Notes: generated by a model from the sequence alone, not told the origin. DNA of 63,072 nt from a virus (IMGVR_UViG_3300044815_000135:1-63072); one strand, 5' to 3'; positions 8,530 to 18,551 are shown, counted from the stretch's first letter. Translations and numbers: made by a program.

Positions 8530-8787
8530 TTACTCGGCGTCGATCTCGTCGAGGTCAGCGTCGGTGGGCTCTTCGCCCTCGGCGCGTGCATCGGCCTTCG
8601 CCTTGGCGGCAGCCTGGAATGCGGTGAACTTCGACTTGAGGGAGCGAACTGCCGACTTCTCGATCGTCCAGCGGCCGCCCTTGCCGGGCTGCTCATCCTT
8701 CGGCGTGATCGAGCGGAGGAACTTGCGGGCGGTGCGCCCATCGGTTCCCAGTTCGGTCGCGAGCTCCGGAACGGTGATCTGTGCCAT
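8530..8787 (-). CDS. HTH DNA-binding protein with acidic tail
   Basis: ITVPELATELGTDGRTARKFLR...GKGGRW (MerR/excisionase-like HTH); AGGAG RBS supports start at 8787. Confidence 0.75.
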   Translation of the reverse strand: MAQITVPELATELGTDGRTARKFLRSITPKDEQPGKGGRWTIEKSAVRSLKSKFTAFQAAAKAKADARAEGEEPTDADLDEIDAE

Positions 8788-8922
8788 TTGAATCAACTCC
8801 TGTAATTCGTCGATCAGCGGCGGTTGCGTTTGATTCGATATGTCAATCATACCATAGTGACCCCCCTCGTCAAGGCAATTCGCAAAGAAAAATACCCCCC
8901 ACTTCTGGGGGGCGATTTTGCC

Positions 8923-8951
8923 TTGACACCATTAGTCCAATGAGATATACT
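8923..8951 (+). promoter_or_regulatory. near-consensus sigma70/SigA promoter
   Basis: TTGACA-17-TATACT. Confidence 0.75.
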
Positions 8952-9049
8952 CGCGTGCGCCTGCGCGTTTAATAATATTGCCTCGCCAACCTTGACATTC
9001 GCTCGAACTAGTGGTAGGGCGAGTTGGCAAGAGATGATATGATTGTAGT

Positions 9050-9289
9050 ATGCTAGGAAAACGAAAGGGCATACCGCCCCGACCCGTAAAAGTCAAGGAA
9101 GTCACGGCAACTCGTGCGATTTTTGTCGCGGGCGCCGATGAACTCCATCGAATCGAACTCGAATTTACCTCAAGTTCTGGTGAGCGAATATCTGCATCCC
9201 TCAACTTGACCGATGCCGCGCGACTCATCACTCAACTCAAGGCGAGTTATAACGCCGCGCTCCCCAAACACCACTCAAACATCCACTAA
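9050..9289 (+). CDS. hypothetical protein (leaderless)
   Basis: TG-n-TATGAT-6-ATG. Confidence 0.6.
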   Translation: MLGKRKGIPPRPVKVKEVTATRAIFVAGADELHRIELEFTSSSGERISASLNLTDAARLITQLKASYNAALPKHHSNIH

Positions 9290-10376
9290 CCCCCTCGAGC
9301 ACCTGACGCCTTCAGAGCGTTCCTGAGGGGGTAGGGGTGTGTCGGGATAGCTAGCATTCCTGAGCGCCCCCAAATCGCATCAGATCGCTCCCTATACACT
9401 GTAGCGTTCAAGTTTAGTCGTGGGTTACGAGCAAAAAAGCTTATTGAGAATGATGTTCAATAGGAAGCCGTTCGGATAAACTTTCGATTGTCACGGCCTA
9501 CAGATGTGTCCAACTTCGGACATACGTTCGACGGAATAAATCTAGAATAAATGGGACTCTCTTGTCCCCTACAGAGCGGAGAGGTGCGCACTAGACACTT
9601 TCTAGACCCAAACCAAACCCAAACTTTTCTAGAACCTCTCCACCTTTGTACCCGGACAGGCCTGATAGTTCTAACTCACAAGTTTGAGCGCTATACTAGC
9701 AGGAAAAAATAAATTGGAGGACCTTGACGAGACTGAACTCCCATGTTGGCCCAACTAATGTGACCTATAGGTTATCTCTTAAACTTCAAACTCCCTGAAC
9801 GTCGTATATGGCATTCTCCCGGACGAAACCAAATATTCACCCTTACCCCATCAAACCTCAACCCGGATTTCCCAATTCACTTCCCTAATTTTCCTTAGAG
9901 ATTCTCATTCAAACTCTCAACTTATCCCTCAGCTTCAACCCTACCGCATAGCGATGTGTTGTGTGACAGGACGAGCCGAAGGCTCAGGACTGGCATGAAA
10001 TGCAACTCTACTTGAGTTTGGGTGAGTCCTCCGTGCAGCCCTCCATATAGCCCATAGTGCTCCATGCAGCCTCATTCCTAACTACCCTTTTCTGTTGAGC
10101 CCTTTTCTTTTGCCACCGTCTGGCATTTGCCCTAAATAATGCTCAAACACGTAATAAAACCCGAAAGATTAAACCTTATGAGTCATCTAACGGGCTAGAA
10201 TTCGCTCGACCTATTTAATTAATGAGTCTTGAAATTGCTCGAACTTTCTTGCACACATAGCTGTTGCACCAATCGATTGCATATATACCCCAAAGGGGTA
10301 TTATGCATCATGGGAAAGACTTTTACCCCGCGCGCAAGCGCATATGCGTACACGCATGAGTGAGCACTCCAGATAG

Positions 10377-10700
10377 CTATGAGTAAACTCTCAATATAGC
10401 TGTTCGGGGATAATTATCTAACTCTTGCACCAAACCTCTTGACCATTCAAGACATTGCATGAGATTACCCCAATTCTCGACCTCAAACTGTTGAAAATAC
10501 TTAGGCTGTCTATTCCATTCTCCACAAATATCACTGAGAACGAGAGCCACATCCCACACAGGCAGGTCATTGAGGTCTTTTAGTTTGATGCCCACCCATT
10601 TATGAGATTGTTTCATAAGGCGATCAATGTTATAGGTGATATTGTTATGACGCAGCTCTCTCAGAGGTAGCTTATGCTCAATGTGTAAGTCATAGCTCAT
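10377..10700 (-). CDS. hypothetical phage protein
   Basis: Likely starts MSYDL...NITYN, a common phage family pattern. Confidence 0.6.
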   Translation of the reverse strand: MSYDLHIEHKLPLRELRHNNITYNIDRLMKQSHKWVGIKLKDLNDLPVWDVALVLSDICGEWNRQPKYFQQFEVENWGNLMQCLEWSRGLVQELDNYPRTAILRVYS

Positions 10701-10893
10701 GGGCAATTCCTCTCCTCTTCTCCATTTCTTTCTTTTCAGCTTCAGCACAGGAGAGGCAGACATCCTCTACTTCCCCCTCAACTGGATTAGCTTCTGAGAG
10801 AAGTTTATACTCGAAACATATACAGCACATGAAAGTGCCTGGCTCAGCCTGATCTGCCCACCATGAGAAGTTAGTCATCTGTTGAATCCTCAA
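10690..10893 (-). CDS. small Zn-binding protein
   Basis: CCIC...CLSC. Confidence 0.55.
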   Translation of the reverse strand: MRIQQMTNFSWWADQAEPGTFMCCICFEYKLLSEANPVEGEVEDVCLSCAEAEKKEMEKRRGIAHEL

Positions 10894-11143
10894 TACCTGG
10901 TATGTTTATTGGACCAAGAATATTAAACTCTTCGATAGCAAATGCTACCAGCCCAGTAAATTCTGGTTTGTGGGCTATGTAAGGATACTTGAAAGCAAAG
11001 TCAGTAAGTAGATCAGTGATACCTTGCTCATATGCTTTTTCTAGAGCTTTAGCTAAATCCTCAATGGTATGTAGTCCTGGACCCTGAATAACTATATATC
11101 CAGGCCTTTGAGTAGCTATCCATTCTTGTGCTTTAGTGGCCAT
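10871..11143 (-). CDS. hypothetical protein
   Basis: GAGG RBS, operon packing. Confidence 0.55.
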   Translation of the reverse strand: MATKAQEWIATQRPGYIVIQGPGLHTIEDLAKALEKAYEQGITDLLTDFAFKYPYIAHKPEFTGLVAFAIEEFNILGPINIPGIEDSTDD

Positions 11144-11373
11144 GTGATGTTTCCTCTTTCTACTTCCCTCATCGCTTCAACAATACTAAGTTGTCGCCCT
11201 GTTCGCCTATAGTATTTATACTGAGCATCTTTAATGGATGATCGAGCAGCTTGCAGGGAGATGCTCAAAGCCCAAGCAATCTGGCCAACCCTGAACCCTG
11301 AACCATAAAGCACAGCTACTCTTGCCTCTTGAGGGCTAAATACCGTTGTTATAGGTCGCTTCTTATTAGGCAT
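11116..11373 (-). CDS. LuxR/sigma-region-4-like HTH protein
   Basis: FSPQEARVAVL...G.RVGQIAWALSIS. Confidence 0.65.
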   Translation of the reverse strand: MPNKKRPITTVFSPQEARVAVLYGSGFRVGQIAWALSISLQAARSSIKDAQYKYYRRTGRQLSIVEAMREVERGNITWPLKHKNG

Positions 11374-11720
11374 TATTTCTTAAACCAACCTACTATATCC
11401 ATTCGACCATGACCTTCATGGTGATACCGTCTATGTTGACCTACATGTTCCGCAAGGCTCTGAGCCCCCGGAAAAAACTTACCGCAAGCGCACTGGAAGG
11501 TGTGGAGATTAGTGCATAGAAATTGCCAGTGATGCCAATGTCTGCTCTTCCATCTCTCATATATTTCATCTCTTGTGCCCGAATATCCCGGTCCTCGTCG
11601 ACCACAAATGATACATTCAACACTTCGGCTTTTAGTCCCATTATCAGGGTAGATAAAAAGAATATCTTCGTTGGGGAACCATAGTTGAATCATCAGATCT
11701 TTGATGCTCAATGATATCAT
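11373..11720 (-). CDS. zinc-finger protein
   Basis: CIIC and CACGKFF....L.EHVGQH. Confidence 0.55.
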   Translation of the reverse strand: MISLSIKDLMIQLWFPNEDILFIYPDNGTKSRSVECIICGRRGPGYSGTRDEIYERWKSRHWHHWQFLCTNLHTFQCACGKFFPGAQSLAEHVGQHRRYHHEGHGRMDIVGWFKK

Positions 11721-12133
11721 GCTAAGAACCTAACTACCCTAATACCGTGAGCCTCAGCATAATTTGCACAATGGGTAGCTCCTGGGCTATTATCTCGGAT
11801 GAAGGCTAAACAGAGATTAGCACCTAAATGAACCATGTGCTCATTTCTCTTCATCCCTCCAGCCTTACCAAACTCTGCCCAATCTTGATTCCACTTATGA
11901 ACCTCAGTACGCCCCCCTCCCGCCATCCAATAAAACCCAGCAGTAAGATCTGCTCCTTTAGCTCCTCCATGTACAAGGATAGGATCTCTATATCCAACAT
12001 CCTGTTGAATTCTGTCAAGTACTCTCATCAGTCGAGCATTGTCTGACCATTCCTGACCCCAAGTACGCGATCCAGTAACTAGCAAGCGAAATGGTCTAAT
12101 CTCCAAATTTGGCTCTCCCCACCACTCCTCCAT
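11717..12133 (-). CDS. SLOG-family protein (DUF2493/YspA-like)
   Basis: LVTGSR, VHGGAKGAD, RNEHM, SPGA..C motifs. Confidence 0.8.
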   Translation of the reverse strand: MEEWWGEPNLEIRPFRLLVTGSRTWGQEWSDNARLMRVLDRIQQDVGYRDPILVHGGAKGADLTAGFYWMAGGGRTEVHKWNQDWAEFGKAGGMKRNEHMVHLGANLCLAFIRDNSPGATHCANYAEAHGIRVVRFLA

Positions 12134-12438
12134 TAATCAGACCCCCTGTTATCATGGAACTTCTTCAGCATAAAGTTTCGGGTATCTCTACATAACTGCC
12201 CTTTGATAGCCCCGCATGTAGGACAGGTAAAATTCTTGGGATTGGGAATCTTCCTGGCTTGAATCTCTTCAAGTTTAATCTTAGAAGGTTGCTTAATTTC
12301 CACACCCGCAGCAACCAAAATTTCAGCGATATGTCTAGCCGGGTCAATCACCATCATCTTACAGCTAGAACACCACCGTCGATCATTACAACGATGTGGC
12401 TCGATCAGCTTAGTGAGAGTATCTTCGCGAGCACTCAT
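12133..12438 (-). CDS. Zn-finger hypothetical protein
   Basis: CPTCGA..G..C...H. Confidence 0.6.
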   Translation of the reverse strand: MSAREDTLTKLIEPHRCNDRRWCSSCKMMVIDPARHIAEILVAAGVEIKQPSKIKLEEIQARKIPNPKNFTCPTCGAIKGQLCRDTRNFMLKKFHDNRGSD

Positions 12439-12605
12439 TTTGGCTCTTTGAATATCATCTGAGTAGTGGCGGGAAGATTTAGTCGACCTCTTAGTCTATT
12501 GATCCTATCCTGTTTATACTCAGTTGGAACTTTGAGTTGAGCGGCTTCAAGGTCTGCTAATTCTTTCTCTAACTCTAGCCTATACTCATCGGGGGTTTGA
12601 TTCAT
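12435..12605 (-). CDS. small hypothetical protein
   Basis: GAAAGGA RBS before MNQTPDEY. Confidence 0.5.
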   Translation of the reverse strand: MNQTPDEYRLELEKELADLEAAQLKVPTEYKQDRINRLRGRLNLPATTQMIFKEPK

Positions 12606-12728
12606 AACTTTTCCTTTCGTGATGATGCATGATTGCGCGAAGAGTTTATCTTTATAATGATTTGGAGTGACCTGCAATCGACCTATATGCATGATTAGGG
12701 TGATTGCTCAACTGATTATTCTGAGCGA

Positions 12729-13052
12729 TTAGTCAGTGCCTAAAGAGTCAAGAGCTGCTGCGATAAGAGCTCCAGCCTTCTCAAGGTCCCGCTTCATGTT
12801 AGTAGGTTTCCAATGCTTTGGAGCCCATGGCCATCCAATTTCATCCAAAGCTTCTCTCCATTCAGGCAAGGTACCACTACCATCATAAGCAATAACCTGA
12901 ACATCAGATCGAGCATTTAGAATATAAGCAACCGCAGCTGCAAGTAATTCTTCAGTTCTTCCTTTATCCTGTTCAGCATCAAAACCCTCCACAGTTATCT
13001 GTCGCTCACGCTCGAGCTCAATTAACTTAACTCCCGTTGACATATTAACCAC
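12729..13052 (-). CDS. conserved phage protein
   Basis: ER.RQ..EG...WPW...WKP...RDL.KAGALI.A motif. Confidence 0.7.
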   Translation of the reverse strand: MVNMSTGVKLIELERERQITVEGFDAEQDKGRTEELLAAAVAYILNARSDVQVIAYDGSGTLPEWREALDEIGWPWAPKHWKPTNMKRDLEKAGALIAAALDSLGTD

Positions 13053-15156
13053 TGTATTCCTTTCCTGAGGGGAGATTCCAGATATTGGAGCCCCCTGTCA
13101 TTACCGTTCGTTGTACTTTACCTAAATCAAGTAGTTTAGTCATACGTTTGTGAATAGTTGATCGATTTACCTTTAATACCTCCGATAACTGAGCGGTACT
13201 TAAACCTGTTGAACCTTCTCGAAGAGCATCAATTATGGGATCGGGTCGATCATTAGCCTTTCTACGCCTGGATGGTGTGGAAGATTGCCCAAATCCTCTG
13301 CCTTCAGTTTCAGCTCCATCGGCAGCTTCATTTTCATCTGTTCTCCATGGTCTAATTTGGGGAGTCCATGCCAGGTTATGGATATCAGTCATTCGATACG
13401 TTTGAGCAGGTACCGTTTTACTCTCCAAGTCAATTCGTATGTCCTTAATACCTGAACGACTGAGGTATATCGAGTCTTCGGCCCAAGCATGGTTTGCGAC
13501 GGCCCCAAGCATTCGTTGACCAGGGCGGCTTTTCTCGGATTTGCCCATGTGATGGATGACAATAACTGCAGCATTGTGCTTCCTTGATAGTACCTTAAGT
13601 GGACGGAATATCTTATTGGTCATTTCTTGACTTCGGTTTTCATCGACTTCACCAGCAGTCATCATGAGCGTATCAATAATTATAAGACGATATGGCTCGC
13701 CGTCCATACCAGCTGCTAACGTTTCATCAAGCCAGAGTTGCCAAGCCTCATTAGATATTACAAAGCCTTGCTGGATGTAAGCATTGATTTCTGGATCGAA
13801 TTGAGCATCTTGTTCGGGGGGTAACCAATAAAGACCGGCTTCATCTGGTGTATGTATAAGCTCGAACTTGTCAGTACTCTTATTTACCCAGACTTTTGCT
13901 GATCTATTCTTTAGGGTAGTAGGAGGATCTTCCTCCTGAATATAAAGAACGGGGCCCGGATTCTGAACGCGAAAGTTACCCAAAAAGTCCGCCCCTGTCG
14001 CGACTGAGAGAGCAAGATCCAAACCGACCCAGGACTTATAGGTTTTAGGCTCACCTGCGATGAAGCCACATGCACCCTCAGTGAGAATACCTTGAACGAG
14101 ATACTTAGGCTTTTTGATGTTCTTGAGTAAGAAACCCAATCTTTGTGGTGAGGGACGCTCAAGCTCTTCATCTTCTAATTCCTCATCTAATTTATTGGTG
14201 GTTTCTTCAGATCGCTTAGCAATGGCCTTAGAAGCTTCAGTAATAAGCCGCCGGAGCTCGTCGTGACGATCACGAAATTTATTCCATACTGTTTCTCGTA
14301 CAACCGCAACAATTTCCGCCGTGGATAATCCAACATCGGCAAGACAGCGAATAAGGTACCAGAGTTGGTCAGATTTGTCGCCGCTAGCCTCTCTCGCAGA
14401 TAAGAGTTCACGGGCTCTATGGTTGAGTTTGAGTTTAATCCGAGCAATTACTGCTAACCTATCTACTGAATCAATATCTGAGGAGAGAGCTTCAGTTAAC
14501 TCATTATCCACACCCATCTGAACTTCAGGTAGGTCAGCGAAATCTCCGGGACTATATCGAGGTCCATCAGTCCAGAGTATTTTGCCTTCTGGATAAGTAC
14601 CATCAGTTTTTCTGTACTCGGGTTTATGATTGGGTAATCCAGGTACTCTTAGAAGTTGAACTGTATCCCATCCTGAGGCATCTGCCCCAATTAGATAGGT
14701 CATTTTCTGGTTTTCCTTACCAGGCCATGATGCTCCTAGAAAATCCCCCATTTGAGCCACCCATAGGGCTTGATATCTGCCTGGACTAGATTCCCATGCG
14801 ATACTGGGAGGATAATCATCAAGAGTACTAGGGTCAACTGCATCTAAGTCTGCCCATAAAGCATGCTCAGTCATAGCAGTATTCTCATCACGCATGGGAT
14901 ATTCAAACAGTGATGTTGTCCAATAAACATCGTGCTCAAATTTCTCATTACTATGATGTATAATATGTTCTACTATCTTATCCCTATCACGAGGCCATAC
15001 AAAAGAGGGACCTTCGTTAAATCCAGTGCGCCGCTTACCAGTTAATCTTTGCTTTTTACGATCAATGTAGGGAAAAAAGACGTAGCCCATTTGCTTACGT
15101 CCCCATGCTTGGCTGATTAGTTGTAGTGACTTTTCAACCTCTAGTTTTGATACCAC
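13045..15156 (-). CDS. DNA primase/helicase (RepB-like primase + RecA-like AAA_25 + wHTH)
   Basis: LWADLD, ESSPGRYQALW, LLRVPG; Walker A GEPKTYKS, Walker B IIIDT, HH.GK. Confidence 0.85.
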   Translation of the reverse strand: MVSKLEVEKSLQLISQAWGRKQMGYVFFPYIDRKKQRLTGKRRTGFNEGPSFVWPRDRDKIVEHIIHHSNEKFEHDVYWTTSLFEYPMRDENTAMTEHALWADLDAVDPSTLDDYPPSIAWESSPGRYQALWVAQMGDFLGASWPGKENQKMTYLIGADASGWDTVQLLRVPGLPNHKPEYRKTDGTYPEGKILWTDGPRYSPGDFADLPEVQMGVDNELTEALSSDIDSVDRLAVIARIKLKLNHRARELLSAREASGDKSDQLWYLIRCLADVGLSTAEIVAVVRETVWNKFRDRHDELRRLITEASKAIAKRSEETTNKLDEELEDEELERPSPQRLGFLLKNIKKPKYLVQGILTEGACGFIAGEPKTYKSWVGLDLALSVATGADFLGNFRVQNPGPVLYIQEEDPPTTLKNRSAKVWVNKSTDKFELIHTPDEAGLYWLPPEQDAQFDPEINAYIQQGFVISNEAWQLWLDETLAAGMDGEPYRLIIIDTLMMTAGEVDENRSQEMTNKIFRPLKVLSRKHNAAVIVIHHMGKSEKSRPGQRMLGAVANHAWAEDSIYLSRSGIKDIRIDLESKTVPAQTYRMTDIHNLAWTPQIRPWRTDENEAADGAETEGRGFGQSSTPSRRRKANDRPDPIIDALREGSTGLSTAQLSEVLKVNRSTIHKRMTKLLDLGKVQRTVMTGGSNIWNLPSGKEYSG

Positions 15157-15170
15157 TGAGGATTACTTTC

Positions 15171-15356
15171 TTAGTTAGAGAATCGAGCGGAGACAACAAA
15201 GCTAATGCCTACTAAAGCTAAAAACAAAATCATTCCCATCCAGATATCAAAATCAGCATTACCATACACAGCATGTACCATAAACCAAAGCATAATGCTA
15301 ACTGTAGAAACTACTAGCAGTAACCAGCCAAAACGGTATTTTTCTAGAGCAGTCAT
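15171..15356 (-). CDS. small membrane protein
   Basis: Two TM segments. Confidence 0.6.
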   Translation of the reverse strand: MTALEKYRFGWLLLVVSTVSIMLWFMVHAVYGNADFDIWMGMILFLALVGISFVVSARFSN

Positions 15357-15595
15357 TGTAATTCCTCACTTAATTCTCTAGCAAGTTGAAGTATTGCCTT
15401 AGCTTCAATACTACCTCGTTCAGGAGCATTTTCACCTAGGTATTTATTTTGAAGAAAGGTAAGAGCCTCTTTCTTCATCTGAGCCCTACCCTCTTTTAGT
15501 CCAATTTCAAAGATGGGGTAGTCAGGGTCAGTCTTCATTGACTGAGCATTCTCCATGAATCGCTTCAGTTTAGTCTGACTTGGGGCAGGGGCCAT
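15353..15595 (-). CDS. hypothetical protein
   Basis: AAGGAG RBS before MAPAP; promoter TTGACA-17-TAGTAT upstream. Confidence 0.6.
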   Translation of the reverse strand: MAPAPSQTKLKRFMENAQSMKTDPDYPIFEIGLKEGRAQMKKEALTFLQNKYLGENAPERGSIEAKAILQLARELSEELQ

Positions 15596-15779
15596 TATTA
15601 CTCCTTGAGTCTTGCATAACGGGGCTGTTGCGTGATGCAGTGATCGCGCAATAAACATACTATGAGGGAAAGAAATTTATGTCAAACGGCAGATTCTCGG
15701 GCTGTTGCGTACATAATAGTTGACATCTTAGGTTCCAGCTGATAGCATTAGCATATGCTTATATGATGAAAGGAAGCAG

Positions 15780-16349
15780 ATGAACCTAGAACTCATCACG
15801 ATCCGTGAATTACTTCGTGATCCAAAATATCGTGAGTTTTTTATTAAGATCCCCGAATTACCCCCCCATTATACCCCTGAAGTAAAACCATGGAAGCTAT
15901 TGGTATTGAAAGAGGGTGAGACTAAATGGCGCGCAAAACGATATGGTACATATCGAGAGGCTTTTGATGGATTTAAAAGGATGTTACCCCTCATTACTAA
16001 CGCGGCAATTAACTCACCTGCCCTCACCTTTATGCCGCCCGTGCGCACTGTGCGCGTAAAGGGAAAATTTGTAGTGGTACGAGGTAAACAAAAACCAGTA
16101 ATTAAATCTCTAGTATGGAAGCCTCAGATTACTAGTGATATGGAGCCTCATATATGGTGTTCTCATTGCCGACGACCTAGTATATTTAAAAATGTAGTGG
16201 TAAAACCGCGAGAAGTGGGGGGTTTTGCCATTCCTACTGTAGCTCCAGTAATGCGTTGCATTATCTGTGGAGCTAGTGAACGCATTGTTGATCTTCGCAA
16301 CCCCACCAATGCCCAGAAATGGGACCCCAATCGTCCTAAAATCTACTGA
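15780..16349 (+). CDS. Zn-ribbon-containing hypothetical protein
   Basis: CSHC...CIIC; divergent promoter TTGACA-17-TAGCAT at 15720. Confidence 0.7.
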   Translation: MNLELITIRELLRDPKYREFFIKIPELPPHYTPEVKPWKLLVLKEGETKWRAKRYGTYREAFDGFKRMLPLITNAAINSPALTFMPPVRTVRVKGKFVVVRGKQKPVIKSLVWKPQITSDMEPHIWCSHCRRPSIFKNVVVKPREVGGFAIPTVAPVMRCIICGASERIVDLRNPTNAQKWDPNRPKIY

Positions 16350-16368
16350 TAACTGAATAGGAAACAAA

Positions 16369-16572
16369 ATGCATCATATGTGGGTAGCCCTTAGTTATGT
16401 ACCAATTGAAGTTGAAATCGAGGATGATGGTAGCTTAAGAACATACACAACTGAGCTTTCAGATGAAATAGCAAAAGAGGAATCGCTATTAGGTTGTTGG
16501 CATTGTTTTGAACCCCTCACCATAGATAATGTCCATGATGAGTGCCCAGGCAAAAGTATTACGGGACCTTGA
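16369..16572 (+). CDS. small Cys/His protein
   Basis: H.W...CWHC...C. Confidence 0.55.
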   Translation: MHHMWVALSYVPIEVEIEDDGSLRTYTTELSDEIAKEESLLGCWHCFEPLTIDNVHDECPGKSITGP

Positions 16573-16652
16573 CAAGCTAGGCAATTAAAGATAGTATCAC
16601 AGTATTACCTATTTTACCGGGTAAACCTTATATCCCATGAAGGAGAAATGTA

Positions 16653-17297
16653 ATGGCGCTGTTTACAAAAGGCGAGTTGGCCAAGAAGGAAATCGTCGAA
16701 CTCAAGAAGTTGGCTAAGGCCAATGCCATCGATCCGGCCGGCTTGTCTAAGGCAGAGCTCATTGAGCTGCTGCTAGAGATCGAGGATGAGCCAGAACTCG
16801 AGGAAGATATCGAGGAGGAACTCGATGATGAAGATGTTGAGCTCGAGGATGAAGAGCTTGATGAAGAGGAAGATGAGGTAGCTCCTCCTAAGAAGGGAGC
16901 CAAGAAGTCTTCCACACCCGCAACTGCTGCAAAGTCAAAAAAGGATGCGTCCGCCGGCGATACCCTCGCGGCAAAGCAGGTTGCAACCCTCCTCGGTACT
17001 GAAGCCAAGACGCTTCGACAGTTCTTGCGAAGTGATGCCAGCACCTTCGAAGCAGTCGGCTCAGGGGGTCGATATGAGTTCACTGAGGGCGACGTTGCCA
17101 AGATTCAAAAAGAATTCGAAGCTTGGCGATCCGCTCATGCTGCTCGAGGTTCTAAGCGAGGCCCCAACGGCAAGAAGGCCGCAGTTGAGGCTGAAGAGCT
17201 CGAGGAAGTTGAAGAAATCGAGGAGCTGGAAGAGCTCGACGATGAAATCGACGAGGAAGAGCTAGAGCTTGAAGATGAGGATGAAGAAGAGGAGTAA
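16653..17297 (+). CDS. acidic DNA-binding protein (HeH/Rho-N-like domain + HTH)
   Basis: ELKKLAK..IDPAGLSKAELI; AKQVATLLGTEAKTLRQFLRS..GSGGRY; promoter TTGACA-17-TAGTAT and AGGAG. Confidence 0.75.
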   Translation: MALFTKGELAKKEIVELKKLAKANAIDPAGLSKAELIELLLEIEDEPELEEDIEEELDDEDVELEDEELDEEEDEVAPPKKGAKKSSTPATAAKSKKDASAGDTLAAKQVATLLGTEAKTLRQFLRSDASTFEAVGSGGRYEFTEGDVAKIQKEFEAWRSAHAARGSKRGPNGKKAAVEAEELEEVEEIEELEELDDEIDEEELELEDEDEEEE

Positions 17298-17379
17298 CGC
17301 CCTTTGGTGCCGGTAGTCCGGGAGGAGTAAGCGCTTACCCTCATAAAATAACGCAGCCTAATTAAGCTAGCAGCCGCTA

Positions 17380-17424
17380 AATACCCCCTCAGTTAATCTC
17401 TTAGGAAGTTATGAGGGGGTATTT
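17380..17424. terminator. hairpin between convergent genes
   Basis: ATACCCCCTCA...TGAGGGGGTAT. Confidence 0.6.
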
Positions 17425-17430
17425 GGTGTG

Positions 17431-17778
17431 TCAATGAACTAACCAGTCAGGCACTGGTACCATATCTATGGTTTGTCCCACAAGAGAGTGGGTACAATCA
17501 TCTAAGTACTGTATATGACCCTCTTTAATAAAGGAATGACATTGTGGTGAGCCCTTATACCCCGGTACACTATCATCAGTTGGCTCATGACCATAGGATA
17601 GATAGCTTCCATTGATGGTGGGCTTATCAGGTAGTCCAATAGGTTCAGGCCAACGGTCATCGATCCTATGAGCGCCATGACCATTAAAATCTGCGCAACC
17701 GGGACACCACCACCAATACGACATGTACTTTTTGCCATGATCGTCTGTAGGGGTAGCAATGATAATGGGATTCGTCAT
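17431..17778 (-). CDS. DUF6527-like metal-binding protein
   Basis: CPGC..H...PT...S...CHSFI..G.IQYL.DCTH.L.GQT. Confidence 0.65.
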   Translation of the reverse strand: MTNPIIIATPTDDHGKKYMSYWWWCPGCADFNGHGAHRIDDRWPEPIGLPDKPTINGSYLSYGHEPTDDSVPGYKGSPQCHSFIKEGHIQYLDDCTHSLVGQTIDMVPVPDWLVH

Positions 17779-17848
17779 GAGCCAATTATATCATCGATCA
17801 ATAATAAGAATGCCAGAAGAGCTACCTGAGATAATTCCTGCGCGACCT

Positions 17849-18109
17849 TTACATGCGGCTTGATCGATTGCTTCGCTTTGATAATCGAGCGCTTAGGGAT
17901 TGCTTGGAGCCTTTTCGTTTAGAATTGCTACTATTGTTATCCAATTCTGCAAAACGACGTTGATATTCCTCAAAAGCATCAGTAGTGCAATCATCGACGT
18001 GCCCCCTAATGTATTCTGACGCAAGCCCACGGACGGCTAACTCATTTAAGCCCCTGGCCCACTCAAGGCGCTGCTGCATATATGAGGGGTCTTGATTAGG
18101 GATTGACAT
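17849..18109 (-). CDS. hypothetical protein
   Basis: Follows VRR-Nuc by a few nt. Confidence 0.45.
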   Translation of the reverse strand: MSIPNQDPSYMQQRLEWARGLNELAVRGLASEYIRGHVDDCTTDAFEEYQRRFAELDNNSSNSKRKGSKQSLSARLSKRSNRSSRM

Positions 18110-18114
18110 AGAGA

Positions 18115-18414
18115 TTAGGCAATTGCAAGGGCTTGTTCAACAACTTCTAAGGCTTCTGCGGGAGAACAAACAACAACTGCTATCCCACCGGCGTTCTGAA
18201 TTTGTGAATGTACATAGGCTTGTCGAGGAGAAACATCACCTCGAGTTGAGGGGAGTTTGGTTTCAAGTCCAATAAATCGCCCCTGTGCACATACAATAAT
18301 ATCTGTTAGCCCGGCCATCATAAATTCACTACCGTGAACTTTAAAACAAAAATGGCCATTTGCCCGAAGTGCATCCATAATCTTTCGACTAAGCTTTGAC
18401 TCTGCTTGACTCAT
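18115..18414 (-). CDS. VRR-Nuc domain nuclease (resolvase-like)
   Basis: ES.L...G..D......F.GLETK...Q...AGG. Confidence 0.85.
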   Translation of the reverse strand: MSQAESKLSRKIMDALRANGHFCFKVHGSEFMMAGLTDIIVCAQGRFIGLETKLPSTRGDVSPRQAYVHSQIQNAGGIAVVVCSPAEALEVVEQALAIA

Positions 18415-18551
18415 GATCCCCTCCTTTCGTATGGTGTGGAATCATTGTTATACTATTCGACTGGACCCCGAAAAGGCAAGGAGCTATAAACACCAATCTG
18501 CTCAGGGACCCATGTAATCCCCGAGCAGACTAGGTTTGTAGCGGCGCTGTG

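Noticed and set aside
6324-9359. Palindromic repeats as a CRISPR array
   Set aside because: Only 14 bp, irregularly spaced hundreds of bp apart and separated by genes
9960-10035. Hammerhead ribozyme
   Set aside because: Three-stem junction but no CUGAUGA/GAAA core found on either strand
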